Source of the DNA: Candidatus Melainabacteria bacterium 17Bon1m
Lineage (GTDB): Bacteria; Cyanobacteriota; Vampirovibrionia; Obscuribacterales; Obscuribacteraceae
Direction: 5' to 3'
DNA: 64,000 bases
NCBI GenBank assembly: GCA_032128875.1
Contig: JAVLKG010000003.1
Location: 257,008 to 321,007 of the forward strand
In this document: positions 9,771 to 19,519 of the stretch, in pieces
How positions within the stretch are numbered: position 1 is the stretch's first letter
Layout of the letters: every line of letters starts with the position of its first letter
The notes under the pieces: model-generated
Seen by the model: the letters and a program-made list of their open reading frames with translations, nothing else
What the model was told of the DNA's origin: nothing
Databases searched by the model: none
Position numbers and translations under genes: made by a program

Positions 9771-10037
9771 CTATCCGCCCGCGACTGGCGGTATGAAAAC
9801 AACTTTGTCGCTTTCGCTTAGAGTTTTGCTCCAGTCTGCGAATTCGTCATTGAGCGCGACTGCCACTGATGAGTGTTTTAGCGAAAAGCCGTATTGCTTT
9901 TGCAACTCTTCGTACAGTTCCAAAACCGTTGTGCACTCTGTCTGTAATTTCTCGCTAGCCAAGCCGCGCTGCTCTTTGAGCAGTGCGAAGTAATCCACGC
10001 GGACCGTCTTGCTGTTACTTGCTGACAAGTGCGCCAA
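9771..10037 (-). CDS. moaD: Molybdopterin synthase sulfur carrier subunit
   Basis: VDYFALLKE, VALNDEF, C-terminal FIPPVAGG; start uncertain (TTG 10037 or 10028). Confidence 0.92.
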   Translation of the reverse strand: MAHLSASNSKTVRVDYFALLKEQRGLASEKLQTECTTVLELYEELQKQYGFSLKHSSVAVALNDEFADWSKTLSESDKVVFIPPVAGG

Positions 10038-10179
10038 TGCCTCTTTACCCGGGCTTTTCAGTCTGATTCTCGCATATGCGGAGGCTATTGTCATTGCTGC
10101 CGCGTTGCCGTTTAACAACTCCGAAATGAGCCGCGACTATTGTGACCGTAGAACCGCCAGAACGGATGAGGACGTCGGC

Positions 10180-11694
10180 ATGACAATGAGAGCGAAAGTG
10201 GCGTCGGAGTGTGAGACGCCGCTCTACAAGCAACTCGAAGAGTCGATTATTGCCGATATCGTCGCTGGGCGCCTTAAGCCCGGCGACGTCGTTCCGTCCA
10301 CGTATACTTTGGCTGAGCAGCATGGCATTTCACGCGTGACGGCTGTGCGTTGCTATGAGGAGCTTAAGGGGCGTGGATATCTGACCGCGCGCCGCGGCGG
10401 CTCAACTATTGTCAATCCTGGGCTGGTTTTGACCGGTGGTGGAAGGTTGCAGTCGTTTGAACCAGATGAGCAAGAATCTGGTCGCTTTGACAACCGCCTG
10501 GGTGAGTTGTTGCTGAAGCCTCCGGCTCAGATACTTCCAACCAAAGCCTGGATGAAGGCGATGCAGGCGGTTTGCGAGAGTAATGCGGCGGAATATTCTG
10601 GTGGCGCTGAGAGGCGCATTGCGCCACGCTTGCGCTCTGCCGTGGCGGCTTTTTTGATGAGGATGCGTGGTCTGTCTGTCTATCCGCGCAACATTCTTGT
10701 ATTTGACTCGAAGTGGCAGGCATTGGCGTTTGTTGCGGAAAACTTTCTCGAAGTGGGTGACACGGTTGCGGTGGAAAACCCCGGAGAGCCGCTGTTTGTC
10801 CATGAGTTTTCGCGTCGAGCGTTGCAGTTAAAACTAATGCCAATCGACAGAGAGGGCGCTGTAATCGAACATCTTGAGCCTCGCTGTGGCGCGAGGTTGA
10901 TTGCTGTGAGTCCTTCGGCGCACTTTCCTACAGGCGTTATCATGTCTGAGCGAAGGCGCCAACAATTGGCTCGCTACGCGGGGAATAACGAAGCAATAAT
11001 TCTTGAGGATGATGGCTATGCCCTCTTGCGCTTCGGAAAACAACCGGAACCGTCCCTCTACAACAAGTTTAAAGATGCTCTCCATCTGGGCTCTTTTGGC
11101 ACTTATCTCGGCCACTTGTGCCAACTCTCTTATCTTGTCGTGCCGGATCATTTACTCGAAAGGCTGGCTCCCCGTCTCGATGAGAGAGCGTTTAGCCTGC
11201 CCACATTTGTTCATCTTGCGCTTGCAAGCATGCTGGAATCAAGCGCTCTCGAATTGGCGATCTTCAAGCAGCGTGCGACATTGCAGAAGCAAAGGCAGGA
11301 GATTTTGTCGGTTTTGGTCAATGAATTCAAAGACATATTGTCAGTGAATGCCGGATCGACCGGGTGTGATTTGCTGCTGCGGTTTCATTCGCATCTTTCT
11401 AAAGAGCTGGTTCTTCAAGCTCTGGATGCTTGTAGGATTGAACGCAGTTCGCTTGAACGATGCTATGCAGAGTTCGCAGATGCTCAGCGTGTTGAAATAC
11501 TTTTGCCATTGATTGGGTGGCATGACCCTTTGGGCAACTCTGTGGACAAATTACTGGCTGTAAAACGGCATCTGGCGATGTGCGATATTCCGTCGAACTC
11601 TTTGTCTGATGTTTCCCCCAGCGCACCCATCGCTGATTTCTTCGTTACATCAACGCAATTTCAAAGTCCGAGTTTAATGTACACCGGGCAGTAA
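10180..11694 (+). CDS. GntR/MocR-family regulator (wHTH plus aminotransferase-like domain), degenerate PLP site
   Basis: PLYKQL..I..GRLKPGDVVPSTYTLA...ISRVTAVRCYEEL; VAVENPG; SPSAHFPTG..MSERRR; IILEDD; GSFGT in place of G(S/T)FSK. Confidence 0.88.
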   Translation: MTMRAKVASECETPLYKQLEESIIADIVAGRLKPGDVVPSTYTLAEQHGISRVTAVRCYEELKGRGYLTARRGGSTIVNPGLVLTGGGRLQSFEPDEQESGRFDNRLGELLLKPPAQILPTKAWMKAMQAVCESNAAEYSGGAERRIAPRLRSAVAAFLMRMRGLSVYPRNILVFDSKWQALAFVAENFLEVGDTVAVENPGEPLFVHEFSRRALQLKLMPIDREGAVIEHLEPRCGARLIAVSPSAHFPTGVIMSERRRQQLARYAGNNEAIILEDDGYALLRFGKQPEPSLYNKFKDALHLGSFGTYLGHLCQLSYLVVPDHLLERLAPRLDERAFSLPTFVHLALASMLESSALELAIFKQRATLQKQRQEILSVLVNEFKDILSVNAGSTGCDLLLRFHSHLSKELVLQALDACRIERSSLERCYAEFADAQRVEILLPLIGWHDPLGNSVDKLLAVKRHLAMCDIPSNSLSDVSPSAPIADFFVTSTQFQSPSLMYTGQ

Positions 11695-11756
11695 TAAATC
11701 CCATCGAAGCTGGTAGAGTGTTGCTCTTCGCCAGACTTCTGCATGAGGATTTCAAC

Positions 11757-13754
11757 ATGTCAGTTGAGAAAAGACCTTTTGGTTCGTGGACTTCGCCCCT
11801 CGCCGCGTCGCAAATTGCCGCGGGAGTGATTAAGGTGGGTCAGCCTCAGTGGGATGGTGATGACCTGTACTGGCTAGAAGGTCGACCGCTCGAAGGTGGG
11901 CGCAACGTCATCGTGAGGCGCTCCGCATCCGGCGAAGTCGAAGACATGTTGCATGCGCCATTCAATGCGCGCACTCGTGTTCATGAATATGGCGGCGGCG
12001 ATTACATGGTGGTCGATGGAACGATTTACTTCTCCAACTTCGAAGACCAGCAGATTTACATGTCGAAAGCGGGCGCGCTGCCCACATTCCTGGCAGGCAA
12101 CAAGAGCACTCGCTTTGCCGATTACAATTTTGACCGCAAAAGAAAACTTGTTTTCTGCGTGATGGAAACACATGGAGCAACAGAGCATGATGTCACCAAT
12201 ACTGTTGTTTCGATCAGCGAGAAGGGCAAGATTGCTCAAATCGCTGGTGGCTCGGACTTCTACATGTCACCTCGCGTTAGTCCGGATGGACGCTTTGTTT
12301 GCTACGTTCAGTGGAACCATCCAAACATGCCATGGGATGAGAGCGAGCTTTATCTTGCGGAACTCGATGCGGAAGGAAAAGTTTCCAGAGTCGAGCGAGT
12401 CGCAGGAGGTAAGGATTTATCAGTGTCTTCACCTCAATGGGGGCATGACGGCACTCTATATTTCGTAAGCGAGGAAACCGGATTTTGGAACCTGCACAAA
12501 ATTGATGCGGAAGATTTGAAAGATTCCGTTAGCAAAGATCTTTATGCGAAAGCAGCAATCGTTCTGAAGGAACAGCGCGAACATGCTTTGCCCGCTTGGG
12601 TTTTTGGCATGTCCAACTATGCTCCTCTAAAGGATGGCAATGTTCTTCTCTCTGCGAACGATCGCGGGACGTGGGAGCTTGTTCTTTTGGAGCAAGATGG
12701 AAAAGGCGGAATGAAACCTTTGCGAATCAACTCGCCCTATGCCAATTTCGCATACGTGAAGGCGGGCAACAAGCAGGCGGCGATGTGCGCTGGATCGCCC
12801 GATGCATTTTCTGCACTAGTTTCATTCGACTTGAAAGAACATACTCTTAAGGTCGAACGTGCGACAACTGAAATGTCCGTGGACAAAAAATACATTTCAA
12901 AACCACAGACGATTGAATTCAAAACTGAAGATAACAAGACGGCCTTCGCGTTCTTCTATCCGCCAAAGAACGATGACTTTGAAGCACCGGCTGGCGAATT
13001 GCCGCCATTGATCGTGTTTAGTCATGGTGGACCCACCGGTCAAACTTCGAATGATCTTCGACTTTCAATTCAATATTGGACAAGTCGTGGTTTCGCAATT
13101 GTTGATGTGAATTACGGTGGCAGCACTGGCTTTGGCCGTGAGTACCGCGAGCGACTCAAGAAGAGCTGGGGTATCGTCGATATGCATGACTGCGAAAATG
13201 CAGCTCGCTACCTTGCAGGCAAGGGTTTGGTCGACAAAGACAGAATGGCAATTGCTGGGGGCAGCGCTGGCGGTTATACAACTCTCTGCGCGCTTACCTT
13301 CGGCGACGTTTTCCGCGCGGGCGCGAGTCACTTTGGTGTGAGCGATTTGGAAGCTTTGGCACTTGATACTCACAAGTTTGAATCGCGCTATCTCGATCGC
13401 CTGGTGGGAGATTACCCCGCCGATAAGGAAACCTACATCGCGCGCTCGCCAATTCATCATACGGATAAGCTTTCCTGCCCGATCATTTTCTTGCAAGGAA
13501 CAGAGGACAAGGTTGTTCCGCCATCGCAATCTGAGGCTATGGTAGATGCTCTTAAAGCAAAGAAACTTCCTGTTGCCTATGTTCTCTTCGAGGGTGAACA
13601 GCACGGTTTCCGCCAAGCGAAGAACATCGCGCGTGCGCTCGAAGCAGAGTTGTATTTTTACTCTCGCGTGTTTGATTTCGAACTCGGCAATCCTGTCGAG
13701 CCGGTCGAAATTGTCAACGAAGATGCTTTGCGCAAGGTGAGTAGTAGCCGCTAG
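11757..13754 (+). CDS. S9 family peptidase (prolyl oligopeptidase/acylaminoacyl peptidase-like)
   Basis: PFGSWTSP, VHEYGGG, HGGPT, nucleophile motif GGSAGG, QGTEDKVV, EQHGF. Confidence 0.95.
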   Translation: MSVEKRPFGSWTSPLAASQIAAGVIKVGQPQWDGDDLYWLEGRPLEGGRNVIVRRSASGEVEDMLHAPFNARTRVHEYGGGDYMVVDGTIYFSNFEDQQIYMSKAGALPTFLAGNKSTRFADYNFDRKRKLVFCVMETHGATEHDVTNTVVSISEKGKIAQIAGGSDFYMSPRVSPDGRFVCYVQWNHPNMPWDESELYLAELDAEGKVSRVERVAGGKDLSVSSPQWGHDGTLYFVSEETGFWNLHKIDAEDLKDSVSKDLYAKAAIVLKEQREHALPAWVFGMSNYAPLKDGNVLLSANDRGTWELVLLEQDGKGGMKPLRINSPYANFAYVKAGNKQAAMCAGSPDAFSALVSFDLKEHTLKVERATTEMSVDKKYISKPQTIEFKTEDNKTAFAFFYPPKNDDFEAPAGELPPLIVFSHGGPTGQTSNDLRLSIQYWTSRGFAIVDVNYGGSTGFGREYRERLKKSWGIVDMHDCENAARYLAGKGLVDKDRMAIAGGSAGGYTTLCALTFGDVFRAGASHFGVSDLEALALDTHKFESRYLDRLVGDYPADKETYIARSPIHHTDKLSCPIIFLQGTEDKVVPPSQSEAMVDALKAKKLPVAYVLFEGEQHGFRQAKNIARALEAELYFYSRVFDFELGNPVEPVEIVNEDALRKVSSSR

Positions 13755-13770
13755 TGAGGCAGAGCAAGAG

Positions 13771-15048
13771 GTGTTTAACGTTCGGCGAAAAAATACTTTG
13801 TTCGTGTGCGTCTGGAGCGTTTTCTTTTGGGCCGAGTCTGCTCTGTTCGCAGTTGATATGAAAGTCGAGAAAACACAGACAAAAAACATAGATAGCCTTT
13901 CCCGCAGCGCCAGTGGGGACGACAAAAGTAGCGTAGATAGACGTGTAATGCTCGTTGTCGAGAATCTGATGACGATGGGAAGGTATCAGCGTGCAGCTAT
14001 CGTTCTAAAAAAAGAACATGATTGCTTTACTAACCAGGCGATTTTTTTGCCTTACCTGATTAATTTGTATGCATCGCGTGACTATAGAGCGCTTATCCAA
14101 GCCTGCGATCAATGGCTAAAAGCAAACTCTACTCGTCCTTCCAAGTTTGACAGCGTCGTGTACGAGTTCATGGGAACGATTTACACGGAAGGCGAGTGGT
14201 ATGAGAAAGCGCGGGAAGCTTTTGATAAAGCCACTGCAATTGATCCTCGCGATCGCATCGCCAAGTCTAGAGAAGAGTGCGATTTGGGATGTAACAGGGC
14301 GCAAACTGGTTCTGATGCGTCTAGTAGTTCTATTCGGCGTTCGGCAGGTCTTGAGTCCGATTTGAATATGTTGATAGCCCAGCAGTGCATTATTCCTGCG
14401 GTAGAAACCATGCTGCAGTCTGATTCTAATGCATCCAAAATTAGCGTCTCGACGCGCGACTACGTCACGCGCGCGGAAGAGTTTGAGAATCTTGGGGAAT
14501 TTAGAAAAGCTAAAACCTTGTATGCGCGGGCATCTAAGAATAGTGATTTCGATGCTTCAATGTGGAATGAATATGCTCTTTGTTTTTTCACTGTGATCGG
14601 AACTGAAGCCCAAGCAAAAGACGACAAGAAGCTTGAGCCAAATAAGAACAGTCGAACACAACTATCCAAGCGTTTAGCAATGCAAGCTACCCGCCCTATA
14701 GACTGGCAGAACGCCTTAAAAAAAGCCGGTCGCCACGGCAAACCTGGAGCGCAAGCGCGTTCGGAGATCATAGATTACTTTCCCGCTGAAATCCATGAAC
14801 TCAGGAAAGTACAAGAATTTCTAGATAGGGCAATTTCTTTGGATAAGGATGATTGGCGTATTTGGAGCAATCTTGGATTGGTGCGGTACAGTCTCGGTGA
14901 GAACGAGCTTGCTATGGAGGCACTCGACAAGGCTCTTGCGTTTAAGGAGATCACCGTAGGTCAGCGGTATGCAATTGGAAAGAGAAAGTCATTCATTAGG
15001 CGTAGAGACTTACTCAAGCAGCGTTTTAGCGACCGAGTCGAAGAGTAA
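13771..15048 (+). CDS. TPR-containing protein (start uncertain; ATG 13858 possible)
   Basis: YEFMGTIY..EWYEKAREAFDKATAIDP; IWSNLGLVRYSLGENELAMEALDKAL. Confidence 0.7.
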   Translation: MFNVRRKNTLFVCVWSVFFWAESALFAVDMKVEKTQTKNIDSLSRSASGDDKSSVDRRVMLVVENLMTMGRYQRAAIVLKKEHDCFTNQAIFLPYLINLYASRDYRALIQACDQWLKANSTRPSKFDSVVYEFMGTIYTEGEWYEKAREAFDKATAIDPRDRIAKSREECDLGCNRAQTGSDASSSSIRRSAGLESDLNMLIAQQCIIPAVETMLQSDSNASKISVSTRDYVTRAEEFENLGEFRKAKTLYARASKNSDFDASMWNEYALCFFTVIGTEAQAKDDKKLEPNKNSRTQLSKRLAMQATRPIDWQNALKKAGRHGKPGAQARSEIIDYFPAEIHELRKVQEFLDRAISLDKDDWRIWSNLGLVRYSLGENELAMEALDKALAFKEITVGQRYAIGKRKSFIRRRDLLKQRFSDRVEE

Positions 15049-15065
15049 AAGAAAACCATTGGTTG

Positions 15066-15272
15066 TTACTCAACCTTGAACATTTTGCGAGCTTTCTTGA
15101 GATTGTCTTCGTCGAGCCACTCTTCAGTGAAGCCGCAAGATAGGCATAGATAGCGCGTGATGAAAGCTTTCGCAGAAAATATCTCAATCTGCAGACAAGC
15201 GCCATCGATAGATGCGCCTGCACTTACGTCCCGCATTTCGGTGGAACATTTAGAACACTTTTTATCGCTCAC
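15066..15272 (-). CDS. Small zinc-ribbon-like protein
   Basis: KCSKCSTEM ... YLCLSCGFTEEW (two CxxC). Confidence 0.7.
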   Translation of the reverse strand: MSDKKCSKCSTEMRDVSAGASIDGACLQIEIFSAKAFITRYLCLSCGFTEEWLDEDNLKKARKMFKVE

Positions 15273-15280
15273 GATTTCGC

Positions 15281-16231
15281 TTAGCCTTCAGCGGTTGCTT
15301 CTTCTTTGACTTCAAGCATGCCGGAAATTTGTTCGAGCATTTGTCTGCGCTCGCCTTCATTTGCCTTTTCATATTGGCGGAAGACGCCTGCGATTTGCAG
15401 CCAGCGAGAGTCATTCGAATCCGGCACCGAAAGACGCATAGCCACATCGCGCATAAGTTGTGAAAAAGAGAAGCATTCGCCTTCGAGATTTTGGAAGCCT
15501 TCGTCTTTCTCGATTGCGATACCAAGGCGTAATGCGGAGACGTACGCGTCGACGGATGGTTCGATCTTGAGAAGCTCGCGTTCGAGTAGCACTAAATCCG
15601 ATGCCATGAACATTTGCTCTTTCATTGAAGAAGTCGGAGTAAAAACGTCAGGCACCATAAGCGGTGCGTCGTCGTCCTCTTCTTCGTTGCGTTCTCTGTC
15701 TCTGCGATCTTCGTCTTCATGACCAGAGTACACGTGCGTTCTAAATGGATGTCTGCCTTCGTGCTGCTCGTCTTCGCGCTCGAAGTAGTAGTCTGACAGA
15801 GTGTTCATGCTGAAGCGCTGCTCTCGGCGCGCCAGATCGATACAGAGGAAGGCAGCCATGATGATGGTTAATACTGACGCAAATGGCACAAGCCATGCGG
15901 AGTGTTCGCTGTTGGTTGGCAAGAATGCTGCAATGAGTCCTTCGTGCCTTGCGGTAAGTAGTGAGCCGCACCAGGTCGCAGTCAACAGACTCATTACTAC
16001 AGCGGTCGGAAGCTTGTGAGTCGGTGCCGCCTTGGTGCCAAGCAAAATGAAAAGCCCAGCTGAAATTACTGCGCCAGAAACCCAAGCTGCGTCGTTAAGG
16101 AAGGCAAGCGGTGGGACTACGGCTGCTGCATCTTTCCATGCGCAGAACAAAAACTGCCCAATAGAAAAGCCGATAGCGCCTCCCGGCAATACGAGAAGCC
16201 ATCTAAACGGTGATGTGTAATGTCCTTCCAT
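15281..16231 (-). CDS. Hypothetical membrane protein (about 4 TM helices plus acidic soluble domain)
   Basis: Hydrophobic N-terminal half; acidic stretch RNEEEDDDAP. Confidence 0.7.
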   Translation of the reverse strand: MEGHYTSPFRWLLVLPGGAIGFSIGQFLFCAWKDAAAVVPPLAFLNDAAWVSGAVISAGLFILLGTKAAPTHKLPTAVVMSLLTATWCGSLLTARHEGLIAAFLPTNSEHSAWLVPFASVLTIIMAAFLCIDLARREQRFSMNTLSDYYFEREDEQHEGRHPFRTHVYSGHEDEDRRDRERNEEEDDDAPLMVPDVFTPTSSMKEQMFMASDLVLLERELLKIEPSVDAYVSALRLGIAIEKDEGFQNLEGECFSFSQLMRDVAMRLSVPDSNDSRWLQIAGVFRQYEKANEGERRQMLEQISGMLEVKEEATAEG

Positions 16232-16331
16232 TGGTGTCTTTACTGACCTGAGCTACCTGACTTGTAAAGATAACATAGTTAATCTATATATCAAAACTCT
16301 TGAGAGCCAATTAAATAGAGTGCCTAATTCG

Positions 16332-17135
16332 TTAGTTTCCCCGCCCCTCCCTGTTTGAACCCATTGCCTCACCCGTCATGGGTACGAAACGAACTGGAAT
16401 TAACCGATTTGCTTCCATTCGGCCTTCCTCGAGTTTGAAGACCATAAGTTCTTGGGTCGACTCGCCTATGGGGATAATCATCCGACCTCCCTCAATCAGT
16501 TGTTCGAATAGATGCTCGGGAAGGTGGTCTGGGGCAGCTGTCACAATGATTCGGTCGAACGGAGCTTCCTCTTTCCATCCACGATAACCGTCTCCTGTGC
16601 GAATCATCACGTTTTCTATGCCCAGGCTAGCTAGCCGCTGTCGCGTTTCCTCTGCCAAACTCGGAACGATCTCAATTGAATAGACCGATTGGCAGAGTGA
16701 TGCCAATACAGCCGATTGATAGCCGCAGCCGGTTCCGATCTCCAGAACCCGGCACTGTTTTGTTAGCTGCAGTGCTTCTGTCATAAGCGCCACGATGTAG
16801 GGTTGCGAGATTGTTTGCTCATTGCCAATTGGTAACGCGCCATCTTCGTAGGCGTGATCTTTGATGTTTTGAGGGACAAACAGGTGACGGGGGAGTCGTC
16901 TCATAACCTCGAGAACATCAGGATTTCGAATGCCCCGAGCAACAATCTGAGTCGTGACCATCGACTCTCTTTCGTTTGCTCGTGCTGGTTCTGAGTTGAA
17001 GTCGTCTGGCTTACATTCAACCGATGTCTTCGCAGGTGCACTCGCTGTGCTCTCCTTCGCGGACGCCTTTGACTGCACCCATGATTTCAATGGTGCAAAT
17101 GCTTTGTCTAGTCCTGCTTTTAGTCGGTTAGACAC
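16332..17135 (-). CDS. pcm: Protein-L-isoaspartate O-methyltransferase
   Basis: PRHLFVP, AYEDGALPIG, QTISQPYIVA, VLEIGTGCGYQ, APFDRIIVTAA, VRFVPM; GTG 17135 with SD (start uncertain). Confidence 0.93.
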   Translation of the reverse strand: MSNRLKAGLDKAFAPLKSWVQSKASAKESTASAPAKTSVECKPDDFNSEPARANERESMVTTQIVARGIRNPDVLEVMRRLPRHLFVPQNIKDHAYEDGALPIGNEQTISQPYIVALMTEALQLTKQCRVLEIGTGCGYQSAVLASLCQSVYSIEIVPSLAEETRQRLASLGIENVMIRTGDGYRGWKEEAPFDRIIVTAAPDHLPEHLFEQLIEGGRMIIPIGESTQELMVFKLEEGRMEANRLIPVRFVPMTGEAMGSNREGRGN

Positions 17136-17362
17136 GTCAGGCTCCCGCAAATATGTTTGAAGTCGATTGATTTTCTGGTTAGACAAGGGGAAAACCGGTA
17201 AGTTCCGCGATGAAAAATCAGACTTTCTATTTCGATTGTACTCTTGGACGCTTCCGAGGACAAAAAATGGGCGCAAATCGCATATGATCACGTTTACCAA
17301 ATTTGTGGGCGCGTCCGGCGTCCAGTTGTTGTATTTCAGCAGTACAGGAGTTTGACGGCGAT

Positions 17363-18184
17363 ATGAGTCTGAAAGGCAAGACCATTTTCATTACCGGGGC
17401 ATCACGCGGCATAGGCAAAGCGATTGCCGAGCGGGCTGCTAAAGATGGCGCGAATATTGTGATTGCGGCAAAAACGGTTGAGGAGAATAGTCGACTTCCG
17501 GGCACCATATACAGTGCCGCTGAAGATATTGAAAAGCTCGGTGGCAAAGCCTTGGCGTTGCAGGTAGATGTGCGATTCGATGATCAAATCAAAGAAGCTA
17601 TCGACAAAGCTGCTGAAACTTTCGGTGGATTGGATATTCTCGTAAACAATGCATCTGCAATTAGCCTCACAAATACGTTGGACACCGATGCAAAACGTTT
17701 TGATCTTATGCATCAAGTCAATGTGCGCGGGACATATCTCAATTCTCGCGCTGCAATTCCGCATTTGGAAAAGTCAGCAAATCCGCATATTCTCAATCTT
17801 TCGCCGCCGCTCAACATGGATCCGAAATGGTTTGGACCGCACGTTGCTTACACCATGTCCAAGTATGGAATGTCGATGTGCACTTTGGGCATGTCGAAGG
17901 AATTGGCGAAAAAGAAAATCGCCGTCAATTCTTTGTGGCCCGAAACCGGCATCGCCACAGCCGCCGTAAAGAATTTGCTGGGTGGCGATGATGCGATGAA
18001 GATGTGCCGCAAGCCCGAGATTGTTGCCGACGCTGCGTATTGGATATTGACTCGGCCCTCCACTGAATGCACTGGCAACTTCTTCATCGACTCTGAGGTT
18101 TTGAAAAACACTGGAGTTAAAGACTTGGATAATTATGCCGTAATGCCCGGTCAGAAGCTGATGCCCGACTTCTTTCTCGGATAA
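17363..18184 (+). CDS. SDR family oxidoreductase (HSDL2-like)
   Basis: TGASRGIG, AAKT, NNASAI, YTMSK, NSLWP. Confidence 0.92.
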   Translation: MSLKGKTIFITGASRGIGKAIAERAAKDGANIVIAAKTVEENSRLPGTIYSAAEDIEKLGGKALALQVDVRFDDQIKEAIDKAAETFGGLDILVNNASAISLTNTLDTDAKRFDLMHQVNVRGTYLNSRAAIPHLEKSANPHILNLSPPLNMDPKWFGPHVAYTMSKYGMSMCTLGMSKELAKKKIAVNSLWPETGIATAAVKNLLGGDDAMKMCRKPEIVADAAYWILTRPSTECTGNFFIDSEVLKNTGVKDLDNYAVMPGQKLMPDFFLG

Positions 18185-18202
18185 CGATTTCTTGCAGGGG
18201 CT

Positions 18203-19396
18203 CTAGTTTTTCGCTCTTTCTGTTTTCACCGCCGCGAGATCTTCCGAGAAATCATCAGCATCGGAATACTTCGGTTCGATGGCGATTTTTCCGTTGTGAT
18301 CAAGGAAACCTGTCTTGTCATCTGCGACTACGCGAGCCATTCCGCCGGCGAATGGGTAAGCATCATCGAAGGTTAGAGGCACAATTACTTTGCCTTTCTT
18401 GTCGATGAATCCCCATTTTGCAGCGACGAGAGAAGGCGACATGCCCATCTGCCATCTACCCTTCGCGACCGGTGCAAGACCTTCAGAGAACGGCAGTCCA
18501 AAGCTGTACTTGCCGTCGATTGTCTTGTTGCCCTTGGCGTCGATGTATGTCCACGTGCGCGGGCGTCCATCTTTTTCCTTGGCTCCCGATGCAACGCAGG
18601 CAAGCCCTTCTGAGAAGGGTGTCGCGCCATCGTAAGTCGGTTTGATAATTGTTTTGCCATTCGAATCGAGGAAGCCGAAAAGACCGCCCGTGACAATCCA
18701 GTTGTGACCCATTCCGGTCAGTCCCATGACACTGCCGCTCAATTTGAGGTAAGTCAGAGTGTTGTCTGGACTTTGCAATATCAATTGATATGAGGGTTTG
18801 ACGAGAAACGTTCCATCGCGATCAATAACGCCGTAGTGCTGTCCGTTTTGGATAAGTGCCAGACCTTTGTTGAACTCATTTGCATCGCTAAATTGCGGTT
18901 TGATGACAGTCTTGCCTGTTTTATCTATATAGCCCCACTGCGCGTCAGAACCAACTCCCTCACCGCGTTTGAATTTCACAGCCGCAACGCCTTCCTGAAA
19001 TGAATGTGCATCCTCAAACGCGGGTTCAATTACAAACTTGCCCTCCTTATCAATAAAGCCGTAGAGTTTTTCCACGGCGGACGCATCGACAACTGCTGCG
19101 AGCCCTTCTTTGAAAGAACCAGCCTCTGAGAATCTAGGCTCAATTTTCATCGCGCCCGTTTTATCTACAAACCCAAACCGCTCACCTATCTTTACCGCCG
19201 CAAGTCCCTCCGAAAATGGACCCGCTTCGTCGTAGCCTGGCTGGATCACCATTTTTCCGTTGCGGTCGATGTAGCCATAAGCTTCTTCGCTTTTGGCACT
19301 CGCGGCCATAGCTTTTAGACCGGGCATACCAAAGTTGAAACCAGAACACAGAAGCCCGACTTGGGCTGTAATTGCCAGAGCAATAATTTTTCGCAT
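18203..19396 (-). CDS. Secreted WG-repeat protein
   Basis: Signal peptide; repeated (Y/W)G(Y/F)ID..G..VI.P.F..A..FSEGLAAV units. Confidence 0.92.
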   Translation of the reverse strand: MRKIIALAITAQVGLLCSGFNFGMPGLKAMAASAKSEEAYGYIDRNGKMVIQPGYDEAGPFSEGLAAVKIGERFGFVDKTGAMKIEPRFSEAGSFKEGLAAVVDASAVEKLYGFIDKEGKFVIEPAFEDAHSFQEGVAAVKFKRGEGVGSDAQWGYIDKTGKTVIKPQFSDANEFNKGLALIQNGQHYGVIDRDGTFLVKPSYQLILQSPDNTLTYLKLSGSVMGLTGMGHNWIVTGGLFGFLDSNGKTIIKPTYDGATPFSEGLACVASGAKEKDGRPRTWTYIDAKGNKTIDGKYSFGLPFSEGLAPVAKGRWQMGMSPSLVAAKWGFIDKKGKVIVPLTFDDAYPFAGGMARVVADDKTGFLDHNGKIAIEPKYSDADDFSEDLAAVKTERAKN

Positions 19397-19402
19397 ATTG
19401 CC

Positions 19403-19429
19403 ACCTCCAAGGTCTTTTAACTTGGAGGT
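19403..19429 (-). promoter_or_regulatory. 9-bp hairpin that pairs the SD of the WG-repeat gene
   Basis: mRNA ACCUCCAAG-(9 nt)-CUUGGAGGU, followed by GGCAAU AUG. Confidence 0.55.
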
Positions 19430-19455
19430 TCTGGGAATTAGGGGGCTGCTTAAAC

Positions 19456-19504
19456 AGCTTTCTCAAGAGCTTTCTCAAGAGCTTTCTCAAGCAGGTTTCT
19501 CAAG
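19456..19504. repeat. 12-bp tandem repeat AGCTTTCTCAAG x3 plus one imperfect copy
   Basis: Read directly from the sequence. Confidence 0.9.
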
Positions 19505-19519
19505 CCAGCTACTGAGTGC

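Noticed and set aside
10038..10179. Moco riboswitch or ModE box upstream of moaD
   Set aside because: No recognisable consensus; the region is short and shared with the divergent regulator.
13065..13925. 286-aa minus-strand ORF and other long antisense ORFs (e.g. 7504-8175, 46430-47107, 55629-56273)
   Set aside because: They lie opposite well-supported conserved genes and have no motifs.
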